NCBI RefSeq assembly: GCF_018350175.1
Contig: NC_058368.1
Coordinates: 145,702,001-145,766,000, forward strand
DNA: 64,000 nucleotides
Reading direction: 5' to 3'
DNA from: Felis catus
Taxonomy: Eukaryota
In this document: piece by piece, positions 10,509-23,141 of the stretch
How the letters are laid out: each line of letters opens with the position of its first letter
Numbering within the stretch: the stretch's first letter is position 1
Notes under the pieces: generated by a model
The model's database searches: none
The model's input: only the letters and a program-made list of their open reading frames with translations
What the model was told of the DNA's origin: nothing
Position numbers and translations under genes: made by a program

Positions 10509-13500
10509 AAAAAGCTAAACGTGGTATGATTATCATGTATATTTGTGGTTGACACTAGAATGTGTTTTATGTGTGAAGGTGTAGAAGTAGCAGGATGACA
10601 GTAAGTGAAAACCATTTGGGATGAGAAAGTAGGAAGAGGAATTTTCATTGCTGAAGGGGATAGGTGGCCCTTGTATCATTACAGCAGTTCCAAAATTTGT
10701 AGAACAAGTGGGTTGAAAATCACTCATCTCCTGTAGGTGACACAGGTAACATTCTGTGTCTGGGTGTTAGGTTATATAAGACAGTTGTTCCAGATAATTT
10801 AAGATTAGGATGGGTTCCACATTCATACTTTATAGCAAGTTTAGTGTTTGAGCTTCTTTAGAGTCAAAATTTATACATAAAATATTAGTCCTATTCATCA
10901 GTGTAACTCTTGCTGAAGTCCAAAACCACTTCTGTTGTTAGGTGCTATGGAGATAGAGAACAATTGATAACATAACTAAAATTTGTTTTTGTTCCAAATG
11001 ACAGAAGGCCAACTCCAACTAGCTTACCAAGAAGATAATTTACTGGCAAATATAATCCAAGTATGGGAAGGGCAGGAGTATGGCTGATCCCTTTAGTTTC
11101 ATGTAAACAACATCCAAGGACAGGACTACCATTGGCCCAGTTTGGGTCTGGAAGGAATGGATATTATGATTGGCAGCTCCAGTAGAACCTTATGTTAGAG
11201 CCAGGCAGAAGTTCCTCCCTTCAAAATAAGAATGTATTTTGTTACTGTCCATCCAACTAATGAAAATCTTCCTTTTCAATGCAAAGTGATCTGTTACACT
11301 TCAGTTTTCTAGAATAGTAATTTTAAGAATTAAATTGGAATAGATAATTTGTTTAGAAACTCCTTGAAGGTAGGGATTACATTTTATAAGACTTCTGTAT
11401 CCTCTGTTCTTGCAAGGAGAGTTTTAAAAATGTGCTATTGACTTGGTTTGATAAGTTGTGATGATAGATTCATAATATAATAATCAAGGATAATGTTGGG
11501 GTTACTTACAGGAAACCTTATGGGTTTGGTCTTCTCTAGCAGGTTTGGTTTCATAATGTGCTCTGTATAAGAAAATATTAAACAAGCATGGGGTAAGGTT
11601 GTGAGTGGGTTTTGTGGTTAGGGGAAAGTTAGTTTGCAGTTTTATTTATATGTTAGGAGTTATTTAACGGTTTGTCTGTTTTGTTTTTATTTGAAGTGGT
11701 GCTTTGAAAAAATTCTCTTAAGGAAACAAGAATCTTAGATTTGGAATAACATATTTTCCTGCATGATATACCTCACTTGAGATTTTCCAAGTAATTTTCA
11801 AAGTAATTCTTTATAATTTTTCATATCACATTGTAAGAATGGCCAGTGTCATTTTCAACATGATTAGCCATGCTTGAGACCTCCTCACAACCATAAATTG
11901 AGGTTGAATGTTGGTTGAAGCAAAGCTAGACGGAATCAACCTGTCACAAGCACTGATTTATAGTCTTGATACTCAGATTTCTTAACACACTGCTGCTTTC
12001 CCTCTTGTTGGCTCATACAACTTTGAGGTACACCGGGAACACTCTGACATGATAGTTCCTATACCTAACTGATTCTGTCTATAGTATCTCCACTAGAAGT
12101 AATTGAGAACAGTATTTATTTTGCCAGTATGATTTATGTAAACATTTGTCCCATTCACAAGTAGCATATTTTAATGCCTAATTCTAGGAGGTAGGGAAGA
12201 GGAAAAACCTTCTCTGCCTGTCTAGACAGAGTCTTGTTAGTGTATGTCTGATCATACGTGTACTCATAGCAGTAATATTAATCAGTGGGAAGTGAGCCAA
12301 GGAAAGACAACCCTATCTACCAATTAAATTTACTGAGCTTACAGGGTGGTTTATAAAGTCAACATGCTGGGCAAGGTTTACATCTGACCAGGGAAATTGT
12401 TGTTTTCTGATCCCCAGTTGGCCGTCATCCACCCTAAACACAAGACAGATGTTGGCTTTACTAGGGTCAGGGTTATCACAGGCTGGGATGAACAGTCATT
12501 GGCTCTGGAGTTTGCTACTTTTCCTTTGCTGGTGAATGAGAGCAAATAAAATAATTTCTGAATGCCTTGGGGGATGGGGGGGGGGTTAGTTTTGCAAAGC
12601 TGGATAGGGCCACCGAAAACCAACATCAGAGAGATGAATCTTCAGTGTCTCAGATGTTTCTTAGTTCAGTTTGTTTGATCTGAGGATGACTGATTCTGCT
12701 ATCTCAAAGGGCAAAGGTTAATGTCTTCTCATAAAGATAACAATGATAAACACAACAAGGTATTCACCCTGATATATTGGTTTCTTATCCGAGGATCAAG
12801 GCAAAAATGTGGGAGAACCGAAAAAATAGAATTTGAAATAGCATCAAAGTAATTTGTTGGTTTTTGAAGTAGGACATTTTTTATTAATATGTTTCCTGCA
12901 CATAGAATTGAGGTATGTGATAGCATGAAACTCAACAAAAATTATGAAACTGGGAGATATTTTCTATGTTTGATACGGTATCAAGTGTGTAAATCCTGCA
13001 CATGTGAGTCCTACCCATTTGTATTTGTCTTTTGGGATGGTTTAGTTGCCATTAGGTGCCAAGAAAACTGGTCATGCAACTTTGGCTTCCCAGGAAGAAT
13101 GTCAGACTAGAAAGAATCCTATCTGTGGGAAGGCACACTTGCAGTGGGGAGCAGAGTGATGAGCCCCTATGCTGGAGCTTTGGGATTCATTTTGGGGACT
13201 GCCCATCTAACACCGGACAGCAAGGGAGAAGCAGGAGGCTGAAAGTTAGTAAAAAATTTGGTGTACTTCTGGAGGGACAAATACATATAGCCTTTCCTAA
13301 GGCTGCAAAAATATAGCTAGGTCAACATAATTTATTCTGGGAATTGCATGCCGAATTGTATTCCAGATACCAGGTTATATTTGGTGGTTGACTAGAAACT
13401 AGTATACTGTTTGTCTATTTAAGGCTAAAAATCTCCAACATTTCCTTTTAAGCCTACAATTGCCCATGAAAATAAATATTTCCCTACTTATTCAAACTGC

Positions 13501-14880
13501 TTTTCTCATCTGCTCATTCTGGAATGCTCTTATAAAAGTTATCTGCCTCTCTGACCACATTTATCTTTCAAATTCTTTTCTCATTCAATGGTACCTCTCT
13601 CTTTACCTCATCCATGTGATATTCCAGACTTTGACTCACTTTGGCTTCATACAAGACTTCTGTGCCAGGTCTTATTACCTCCTCCTGGCTCTGAGTGTGT
13701 GGTCACCCCCAAGCCAGCCTCCTTCCCTGAACTCCTTCTCGGTCTCCCTGAGAGTTTCTTCAAAGCTCCTGTGGTCTACCAAGCTGAGTACCGACCCCCT
13801 TCTCTTAGAAGATCACTTTGCTCCCACACACCCCGTGTTACCAAATCGAGAGCTCTTAACCTCTGACATTTTCCAGCTGGAGCCTTTCAACCTAACTGAT
13901 GCCATCTAATGTATTTGCATGCCTATTGGGTGTTTTCTTATTATCTCCTCCTTTTATCAGTCATGTTTTGGGATCATTTTGTCTGTTTTTCTTGCTTTTT
14001 CTCAGCCTGCATTATGACTTCAGCATTAACATATTTACGAGATGCTGCCTGCACCAGATCTGAGGACCCAACATAGTAGCCTTCTGTAGATCATCCTTCT
14101 CATCCCAGGGCAGTGTGGACAAGCTCATCTGTTTGCATTGAAAATATTGGTTATGTTCTGGCGAAGCTATTTGGGAAATCATCATTTCAGGCAAGGCTCT
14201 GCCCTTCATGTGCTCCTTCAACAAAGTGCTTAAAACACTAGATCTGACAGTAAAATGATGAGTCATCAGGTTCATAGAGATGGTAGGCAGAAAAGATGGA
14301 GTTATGGAACCCCAAGGCACAACTTTTTCTTATTACTTTTTGCTTGTTCATTTTTTGATTCTGTGGCATCACTGCTATCTTATGGAAACATTTCTTTCAG
14401 GAAGTTGTTCAGCTGTGAGTCAGTTTCTTTGCCTGAGAACATTGTCTGGGACAGTAACACAGCTATCATTTTTTCTTTTGCCTCCTTTATTTATTTTTTT
14501 ATTTCCAAAGGAAAAATGTGGCCAAACTATCTGACCTATGGATTAAATTTTGGGTTTATAGTTGGCTGAAGCTCTCCTGCCTGGGCATGGAAAGCATAGG
14601 AGGAAAGGAGAGGGGGTGGATTGTGATTGGGGAGCAGAGCCCCCCTACTGACCAGAGGGGCTATGGGTAGCTGTTCACCTCTCAGTGTTGCTGGGTTGGT
14701 GGTCAGCTTCATATACATGGGCTCTGAGCATTCTCTGTCTTTTTTCTTGGTGCTTGATGTAATAATGAATATAGACTGTGAAGGGGCTGTTACCTGTTAA
14801 GAAAACCTCTATTTCTGTAGCATAATTAGACAACATGTGTTTGTAAAAAAAAATAGTGCATTTTAATTTTAGCTCATAAT

Positions 14881-15087
14881 TTTTTTTTTATTTTAGAGAG
14901 AGCATGCAAGTTGGGGAGAGGGGACAGAGGGAGAAGAGAGAGAGAGAGAGAGAGAGTCCTAAGCAGGCTCCAAGCTGAGCATGGAGTGATGTGGGGCTCA
15001 TCTCAAGCTCATGACCATGAGATCATGCATGGCCTGGGTGGAGATCAGGAGTCCCACGCTCAACCGACTGAGCCATCCACACATCCC
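14881..15087 (-). mobile_element. Older CanSINE
   Basis: Reverse SINE body. Degenerate TSD tagctcataatttt / tagctcttagtttt. Confidence 0.9.
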
Positions 15088-16540
15088 TAGCTCTTAGTTT
15101 TTTCTAATAGGAATCCCAAATTCAGAGACATCAAGCATCTTGTCTTCAGGGAATGGTCTCTCACATTCTCCCTGTGGAGATAAGTCAAAGAGTTATATAC
15201 ACTCCAGAGTAAAAAAGAAGTGAAAGTAAGATATTGTAAATCTCATAAAGTCCAGAGATTTCCCATACTGTGCACTTCTGCCCGCCTTTCATTTACACTT
15301 GACTTGTTTGAAATGACTTTGTTGTTAACCTTCAAAACCAAATTCTTTTTGGGACTTTTTTTCTTACATAATGCCATCTTTCTCTTAGGACTCACTCTGT
15401 GAAAAACTAATACTTCTGTGAAAAACTTGTATCATGTGATGAAAACTACATGACCCACAATTTTCCTTTCTGGCCATTGAGAGCTTCCTCTGGGGTCTAA
15501 TAGTAACATCCTTACTGTAGGTTCTCTAGTACATTTATTTTCTACAAAGCTGTCTCCCTACTGTGTGACTTTTTTTTTGTCTTTGTATTAATCATCCATT
15601 TGTATATTTATATTTTATTATAAGATAGTTCAAGTAATTTCAAAGAGGATTTCTGACTTACACAATATGATAGGATGATATAAAAGATAATTAAGATAGG
15701 GTAGAAATACATTTGTAAAATAGAAGTAAAATTCTGGAAAATAAATAATCAAGAATAAGTAGCTTGTTTTTGATGAGGTGACAAGAATCTTGAGTATACT
15801 GAAAAGTATATAGCAACATATCTTGATTTTGTTGTGAGTTTTGTTCCTATGTATGAAATCTTTCTGTTAGAGTGAATTCAAATCAGCTATAAAATTATTT
15901 CCAGAAAAAAATTATAGAAATATATTGAGAAGAGATTTCTCTATGATTTATTTTACAAACAAGCTTTAATTATATGATAGACTAGTGATTGGAGGCTGAT
16001 AATAACTTACATGGATCTAGAATTAATTATGGCATATATGCAAAACACATACATAGTATCAAAATGATGACATATAATTTAACCTATTTAAAAGACTTAT
16101 TTAAATACATTAAAATAATCAGCATATATACTAGTATATTGTTCTTCATTAATATAGCTTATGCTAATATAGCTGAAAATACTAAATCATACTTTAAAAT
16201 TATGTAATTAACATTGTTGGATATATTAGAATGCTAGTATTACTGATTATTTTGAATGACTGATAAATTTTCAATAAATCAAATATTTCTTAAGCTTTGT
16301 CATGTGCAAATAAAAAGGGGAGGTATTTAATAATTATTAAATTTAAGTAACAAGAAAAAAATTACAGTTGATGGGAACATTGCCAAAATCAGCAGATGGA
16401 AAGAGCATTGTAGGTTGAATGGTGTCAATTGGGTTTATAGGGAAACACTTGAACTGATTCATAAAGATCAGTGTGGTAGAGGGGAGGGTCACAGCATGCT
16501 TACCAGCTTGGCAGTCTGTGAATAGAATCTTTTGGCTTGA

Positions 16541-16758
16541 GGGGTGCCTGGGAGGCTCAGTTGGTAAGCATCCGACTTTGACTCAGGTCATGATCTCGCA
16601 GTTCGTGAGTTCGAGCCCTGCGTTGGGCGCTGTGCTGACAGCTCGGAGCCTGGAGCCTGCTTCGGATTCTGTGTCTCCCTCTCTTTATGCTCCTCCCCCA
16701 CTCACACTCTGTCTCTCTCTCAAAAATAAATAAACATTAAAAAACAAAATGAAATAAA
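16541..16758 (+). mobile_element. CanSINE
   Basis: Perfect 17-bp TSD agaatcttttggcttga (16524-16540 / 16759-16775). Confidence 0.96.
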
Positions 16759-16914
16759 AGAATCTTTTGGCTTGAATCAAGATTCCTGTAGGAGGAGAGC
16801 AGGAAGCTAAGTTGGAGATACACCGTGGAGAACTTTGAATATTAGAGTAATGAACTTGAGCAGTGAAAATTTATCAAGGGTAACAATGGCCATTTCTCAT
16901 CAGAAGGTTTATTA

Positions 16915-17450
16915 CAAAGTACATTTATTGAGCATCAGCTATTTGTAAGAGGTGCTGTGCTAAGTGTTTTTAAGAAAGTAAGAAATGAACAATTATGAAT
17001 TCTGCCCTCAAGCAGTTTATAGTCTATTATAGAGGAGAAAATACATGTACACAAATGGCTATTGACTAAGTCAGAATGTGACAGAAGTTACAAGTAAGAG
17101 AAGTGTATACCGAGTATAAAGATAAAACAGGGGAAGAGAAATTATTTCCAGCTGGGAGGATTAAGGCATATTTCAGGAGAGAGACCAATATTTCAATTGG
17201 TCCTTGAAAGATGGAGGAAATTTTGACAACACCTTCCCTCCATGAGGGGAAAATGCTTTTTAAATAGGAAAACCAAGGGCATAGGAGTAGGAAATTGCAG
17301 AACAAATTAAAGCCTAAAAAGTAGTTTAACTTGGCTAGAATCCAAAGAGCATAAGGAGGAGGAGTGAGAGGTAAGGGCAGAAATGTGGAATGAGGCCTGG
17401 ACACGGAAGGGCTTTAATGCAAAGTTAAGAAGCTTGCTCTTTATTCTTTC
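16915..17450 (-). mobile_element. L2 remnant
   Basis: catttattgagcatc...gtgctaagtg...ctgccctcaagcagtttatagtcta, the L2 3' end in reverse. Confidence 0.65.
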
Positions 17451-17698
17451 CAGGGATTCCCTATGTTGCTTGGTTTGTTGTGTGTGTGTTTTTTTTTTTT
17501 TTCATGCTTCCATACCATTTACATATGCAGCAACTTCATTGATAGCCTCTTATTTCTCCACCAGGAATGGTTGGGGAGAGGGTGGAGCTTAAAAAAGACC
17601 TCACCCCCCAGTTAAGTTTTCAGAAGCACCTCCAGGGGTTCATGTCCTGGTAGTTGATACATATGGTGAATGATAAGAATTGAACCTTGGGGGTAGGG

Positions 17699-17895
17699 GG
17701 GGCATGCCTGGGTGGCTCAGTTACTTAAGCATCTGACTCTTGATTTCTGCTCAGGTCATGATCTCACAGTTCCTGGGATCGAGCCCCGCCTTGGGCTCTG
17801 TGCTGACTGTGCAGAGCCTGCTTGGGATTCTCTCTCTCTGTCTGTCTCTGTCTCTGTCTATCTATCTCTTTCAAAAATAAATGAATAAACCTTTA
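17699..17895 (+). mobile_element. Older CanSINE whose tail is interrupted by a younger SINE
   Basis: SINE body. Outer degenerate TSD aagaattgaaccttgggg (17675-17692) / aagaactgtaccctgggg (18171-18188). Confidence 0.92.
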
Positions 17896-18138
17896 TTTTT
17901 ATTTTTATTTTTTTATTTAAAAAATTTTTTTTCAACGTTTTTATTTATTTTTGGGACAGAGAGAGACAGAGCATGAACGGGGGAGGGGCAGAGAGAGAGG
18001 GAGACACAGAATCGGAAACAGGCTCCAGGCTCTGAGCCATCAGCCCAGAGCCCGACGCGGGGCTCGAACTCACGGACTGCAAGATCGTGACCTGAGATGA
18101 AGTCGGACGCTTAACTGACTGCGCCACCCAGGCGCCCC
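17896..18138 (-). mobile_element. Young SINEC_Fc inserted in the tail of the preceding SINE
   Basis: CpG-rich young body. TSD atgaataaaccttta (17881-17895) / atgaataaactttta (18139-18153). Confidence 0.96.
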
Positions 18139-18316
18139 ATGAATAAACTTTTAAATGAGGGAGAGAAAAAAAGAACTGTACCCTGGGGAATTACTAGGGC
18201 AGGAGAAGATTGGGTGGGTGAATTAGAAAGAGGAAGTTACAGAAGAGAAGAACACTTAGGAGCTGTCATGGTAGTGTAAGGGGGTGGTCTATGAGGGTCA
18301 GAACTAGTAAGTTCTT

Positions 18317-18452
18317 TTCTCCCCTCAGCTTTATTGAGATATAGTTGAAGATAGCATTGTGTAAGTTTAAGATGATTTGATATATGTACATATTGCAAAA
18401 TGATTGTTACAATAAGATTAGTTACCACATCCTTACCTTGTATAGTTCCTAC
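18317..18452 (-). mobile_element. Short L1MA-type 3' end
   Basis: cagctttattgagatatagttga...gatttgatatatgtacatattgcaaaatgatt, flanked on both sides by taagttctt. Confidence 0.75.
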
Positions 18453-18739
18453 TAAGTTCTTAATTAGCCTCTTATCAGTTCACAATTCTTGCATTGGCAA
18501 TGGGAATGTTTAATAGGAGATAGGTTTTAGACTTCTCACCAAGTGTAAGGATAGTCAGTTCAAGAACTGACCAGATATGGGGATCAAAGTTCAGGAGGAA
18601 GTAAGGATAATTTCATGATATAAGTCTTTGTTAACTAAAGGATAAGATCTTTCTTAAAACAAAGCAAAACATGGAGAAAGCAAAATAGGAAGAGTTATTC
18701 TGGTTGCTTGAAGTCTAGTATATTTGGGTCTGAGATTTC

Positions 18740-21620
18740 AAGAGAGCAAACCACACATGTTTACTTACCTGCCCCCTATCTCTAATTCCTCTGAGATCAC
18801 AGCAAAGCATTTGGGCTAGAAATTCATAACAACCAGGAGAAAGGAATGCAGAGGTCATAAAAAGATAAGAGTTTAACAAATTTCTGGAAGATAGAACACA
18901 GAGAAGTGGGAAGAAGGAGATGGAATGGAGGAAATAGCTGACTGGTAGCCATGTGGGACATGAAAAGGAAGAAGTCTGGGCTCAGGCTGGCCTTAATGGA
19001 CTGCAGAAAACTGAAGTGATGGTTCGAACGTTGGTCAATGCAATGCCAAAGGTCCAACCTCCCCTGCCTCCACATGTAAAGCAGCTAGGAGGCCTAAGGG
19101 GTACAGAGCAGCTAGACAGGCTGGTGCTCTCCAGCTGAGAGCAGTCCAAATACCCCAATAAAATTTTTTCCTCATATATTTGATGATGTGAGAGTTTAGC
19201 AAGTAGTGCTCTGCAGAACTGAAACTGTCTGGAGATAACTAAGGCTTCTACCACTGTCCTCACTCTGGTTCCCTTCCTGTCTACTCAACATTCAAAAACC
19301 TCACAGCCCCTGAACACACAGTTTGTGATCGTTCTTCCCACTCAGGGGAAGACCCATATGTGGAAATGGTGCAGAGGCAACCTCAGTCACTTATCTAGAA
19401 TAATATACCTAGGTCTTCATTCTTAAATATGAATGGACATCCAAGATACCAGGCAGTAGAGGAAAAGGAGTGGTTTTGAAAAAAAAAAATCAAGATAGCA
19501 AATATTTATAAAAATACATGTTAAATATATATAAAATGTATAACAATATATATTGGCCCTGGAGGAAATAAAGGTCATTTAGGGAACAGAAGAAAGCTTT
19601 TTTAAAAAAAAAATTGAAGTCTATTTACATACAATATTATATGAGTTTCAGGTGTGCAACATAGTGATTCAACATTTATGTAAATTACAAAGTGATCATC
19701 ATAATCTAGTTAGTATCTGTCACCATACATGATTGTTACAATATTAACTACATTCCCTATGCTGTACTTTGCATTCCTGTGTCTTATTTATTTTATAAAT
19801 GGAAGTGTACACCTTTTTTTTAATGTTTATTTATTTATTTTGAGGGAGGGGCAAAGAGAGAGGGAGAAAGAGAATCCTACACAGGCTCCCTGCTCAGCGC
19901 AGAGCCCAATGCAGGCCTTGATCTTATGACAATAGAAAACAACTTAAAAATTAAAACTTAAAAATTAGAACTTAAAAACTTTAATATTAGATATTACATA
20001 TTATGTATGTATATTATATATATCTAATTAGGTATTATGTTATATTTTATATTATGGATGTAATAAAGATATTACATCCATAAAACAAGCAGGATTCCAT
20101 GAAAAAAAGAATAAGCAAAATGAGAAATGAGTCTTACAAATTACAAATGATTGCTGAAAAGTAAAACTCCAAGAACATCAGACAAAATCAGACAGAGCCA
20201 TCAAAATATGAAAGAAAAGATATGATGAATCTGAAAGATCCAAAATCAGGTTAGTAGGAATACCAGAAATGGAAGGCAGAGGAAAGACAGAGGAAGAAAT
20301 TAAGAGGAGTCAAAGAAAAATTCCCAGAGCTGAATATCAGATTAAGAGAATTCATCAAGTGCTTCAAAAGATGACTAAAAATATCCACATAGGTACATTC
20401 TTATGAAATTTCAGAACATTTGGGATTCAGACAAGATCCTAAGAAGTTTTAAAAAAGAAAAAAAAAGCTCCCCTAAGAAGAATGGCAAATCACACTGGTA
20501 TCAGACATCTCCTCAGTCACACGGGGTGTTTGAATATAATAGAGTTATGCTTTCAAAATTCTGAGGAAAAGTTATTGGCTATGACACCAAAGTTTCATAG
20601 CCAATCTATGAATCAAGTATTAAGGTAGAATAAAGACAATTTCAGACATGTAAGGATTCAGAATATTTGGCTACCAGGTATATCCTTTTTGAAGGGATTT
20701 TTCTCAGTGAAAGCAAAATGAGGGAGAGAACCAAGAAAGAGGAGATGTTCTCAGCCACACGTTTAGTAAAGGAGAGTGAAGGGTGAGAGGCCTCCAAGTC
20801 ATCAGGTCTATAGGAGAAGTGTCTCTTGGGAAAAGCAGATTTTGTTATACGGTTGAGAGTAAATTTCAGGATATGGTAGAGACATACACATCTTCTATTT
20901 ACAAGGTGAAAAAAAGACAATTAAAAATCTCCTCCTCTCTGTCCTCCAAACGAAATCAAATGCAAAAAAAGTACAAGAGAGTCATGTTCCAAATATGAAG
21001 CAAACAGAAATGTGACAGGATTTAGGGCAGTCAAGGCCACATGATAAAGGAGTCCCTTTGACAGTGATGCTGTCTTTGGAGTCACCCAGCATAAGTGACA
21101 GAGGGCTTGTTGAGAACTAAAGACAAGCTAGCATGTTTCTTGGCTTTGCAGTAAATAATATTTAGATAGTTACAATGAAATAAATACGGATTTTAATTTT
21201 TAGCATCTATACCCAAAACATTAAAGACAAGGATGGTCATATGGAATATAAATGACAAAATTAAAGGTTTAGATAACAGGATTTAGAAGAGAGCAGGAGG
21301 AGGGAAAAGTGAAGTAAATAGTAGGGGGCTAATATCTTCACCACTTGCTACAGTGAGAAGTTACTAGACCATGTCAGAAGTTGGCAGAATAAGAAACAGA
21401 TTTAAAACTCTTTAACATTTCAAATGTGACCAGTAGAGTGATTAATAAATGGTAATAACAACAGCAACAACATGTAGGGAGGATGAGGGAACGGATGAAA
21501 GAAGTGAGCTCAATGCTCATTTTTCATAAGCTTATCTTTGATGAGTTAAAAAATGAGGTAAACAACAGAGGGAATCAGACTGGTCAGAAGTGCTTACCTC
21601 TGGGGAAGAGATGATGTGGG
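18740..21620 (+). mobile_element. HAL1 (Half-L1) element, decayed ORF1-only LINE derivative
   Basis: Conceptual translation gives RSKIRLVGIPE (about 20236) and YILMKFQNIWDSDKILRSFKKEK (about 20393), resembling L1 ORF1p. It is followed by HAL1-like caaaatgagggagagaaccaagaaagagga and no ORF2. Ends approximate. Confidence 0.75.
19597..19932 (-). mobile_element. L1 3' end (19597-19813) plus truncated CanSINE (19814-19932), nested in HAL1
   Basis: gtttcaggtgtgcaacatagtgattc L1 3' UTR, followed by a SINE tail and partial body. Confidence 0.85.
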
Positions 21621-22419
21621 ACAGTTTAGTTAAAATAAGTATAGTTTAGTAAAACTAAACACCTAAAAATCAAAAGAGAGAAAATACCAGGAATATCCCC
21701 TGGTGGCTAAGTCTGAAAAATTTCTTATGAAAAAAAAAATTGGTACATTTATTTATAAGACTGAAATCTGCCTGGTTAGTAGGCAAGGAGTGAAGAAAAA
21801 AATAGTGCACAAAAATTTCTAGTAAATAAAATCCAGAGGTAAATTTCAAGAATCAGAAAATCGAGTTAGAATGTATATAAAAAGTAAACTTCAAGGGAAG
21901 GACATTTTCAGGTAGTTTCCTGATTTGGGAAGTATTAAATTCTGTGGTAGTTTCTTAAGAATGTTGTAGGTCCCCGTTTAAAGACTTTAATTCTCTTTTC
22001 TTTTTCTGATTATAAAAGCAATAGATGTTCTCGTAGAAAATTAGAAAATTATAGAAAAGTATAAAGAAACTCCAACCTAATTAGTATGTGGCACCTTACC
22101 ACCCCCACTAATTTTACTTCCTTCCTTAAGGTACCAAATAAAATAAACTCCCATCTTGACTACCACCACCAGGTAAAAGTCACTTACCAGCAGCTGGCTA
22201 AAGATTGGTAGTCAAGAGGGGTAAAGCAGATTAACTTAGCTTGCTGATGGTATTCCTGAGCCGCCATCCAAACTTCCTGGATGTGGAATATACCTCCTCC
22301 ATCCCACCGTTGCTACTCTGGCTTTGGCAGGCGGCTGTCACCAGAGTTAACTGACTGGTGTAGACTCAGGTGTTATTTTCCCAGCGGTGGCAGAGAGCAG
22401 GCAGGGGGTGAGAGTGAAC

Positions 22420-22690
22420 CACTTCTCAAAATTTAGAGTACAAGTATCATCAGAGGTGTTCAAAAAGTACTGATTTCCATAGCCTCCATTGTTCAGAGTG
22501 GAGCCTAGAGATCTGAATTTTTAAACAAGGACTCTAAGAACTTGCTACTCCAGTGTAGCCCATGGACCAGCAACATAGACACCACCTGAGAGCTTACTAG
22601 AAATGAAGACTCTCGGGCCCACCTCAGACCTCCTGAGTCTCAATACACATAGAGATGAGATCTCCAGGTGATTCAAGAATCACTGGGTTA
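22420..22690 (+). mobile_element. MER5-family hAT MITE fragments (MER5B/MER5A1-like)
   Basis: gctactccagtgtagcccatggaccagcaaca...cacctgagagcttactagaaatg...cccacctcagacc...ctccaggtgattc. Confidence 0.7.
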
Positions 22691-22911
22691 GGTGATCTTA
22701 TAATTGTTTCTGGGACCATTTTTTTTGGTAACACACCATCTAGCTGCTCTTAATTACAGCAATCCACTCAGAGCCAGTGGCGGTAGCTTCCCACTACCAT
22801 CTCTTGTCCTTTCTTCTCTTCCTCCTTGGGGCTTTAATATTTTCACTGACATTCAGGAGGGTGTTCACCACTCTTTCAAGTTTAACTTGAGTTAGAATCA
22901 AAGGAAGGAGA

Positions 22912-23141
22912 GGGGTGCCTGGGTGGCTCAGTTGGTTAAACTTCTGACTTTGGCTCAGGTCATGATCTCACAGTCTGTGAGTTTGAGTCCAGCATCAGGC
23001 TCTGTGCTGACAGCTGAGTCTGGAGCCTACTTTGGATTCTGCCTGTCTGTCTGTCTGTCTCTCTCTCTGCTCCTCCCTCACTCGTGCTCTGTATCCCTCC
23101 ATCTCTCAAAAATAAATGAATGTTAAAAAATTAAAAAAAAA
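22912..23141 (+). mobile_element. CanSINE
   Basis: Perfect 17-bp TSD tagaatcaaaggaagga (22893-22909 / 23142-23158). Confidence 0.96.

Noticed and set aside
13460..13909. 149-aa ORF in pyrimidine-rich DNA
   Set aside because: Non-ATG start, Leu/Ser-biased composition and no splice or domain support; possibly a very old L2 remnant.
15398..15450. Short direct repeats (tgtgaaaaact twice; similar cases at about 51510 and 58830)
   Set aside because: Ordinary slippage duplications with no regular repeat-spacer architecture; not CRISPR-like.
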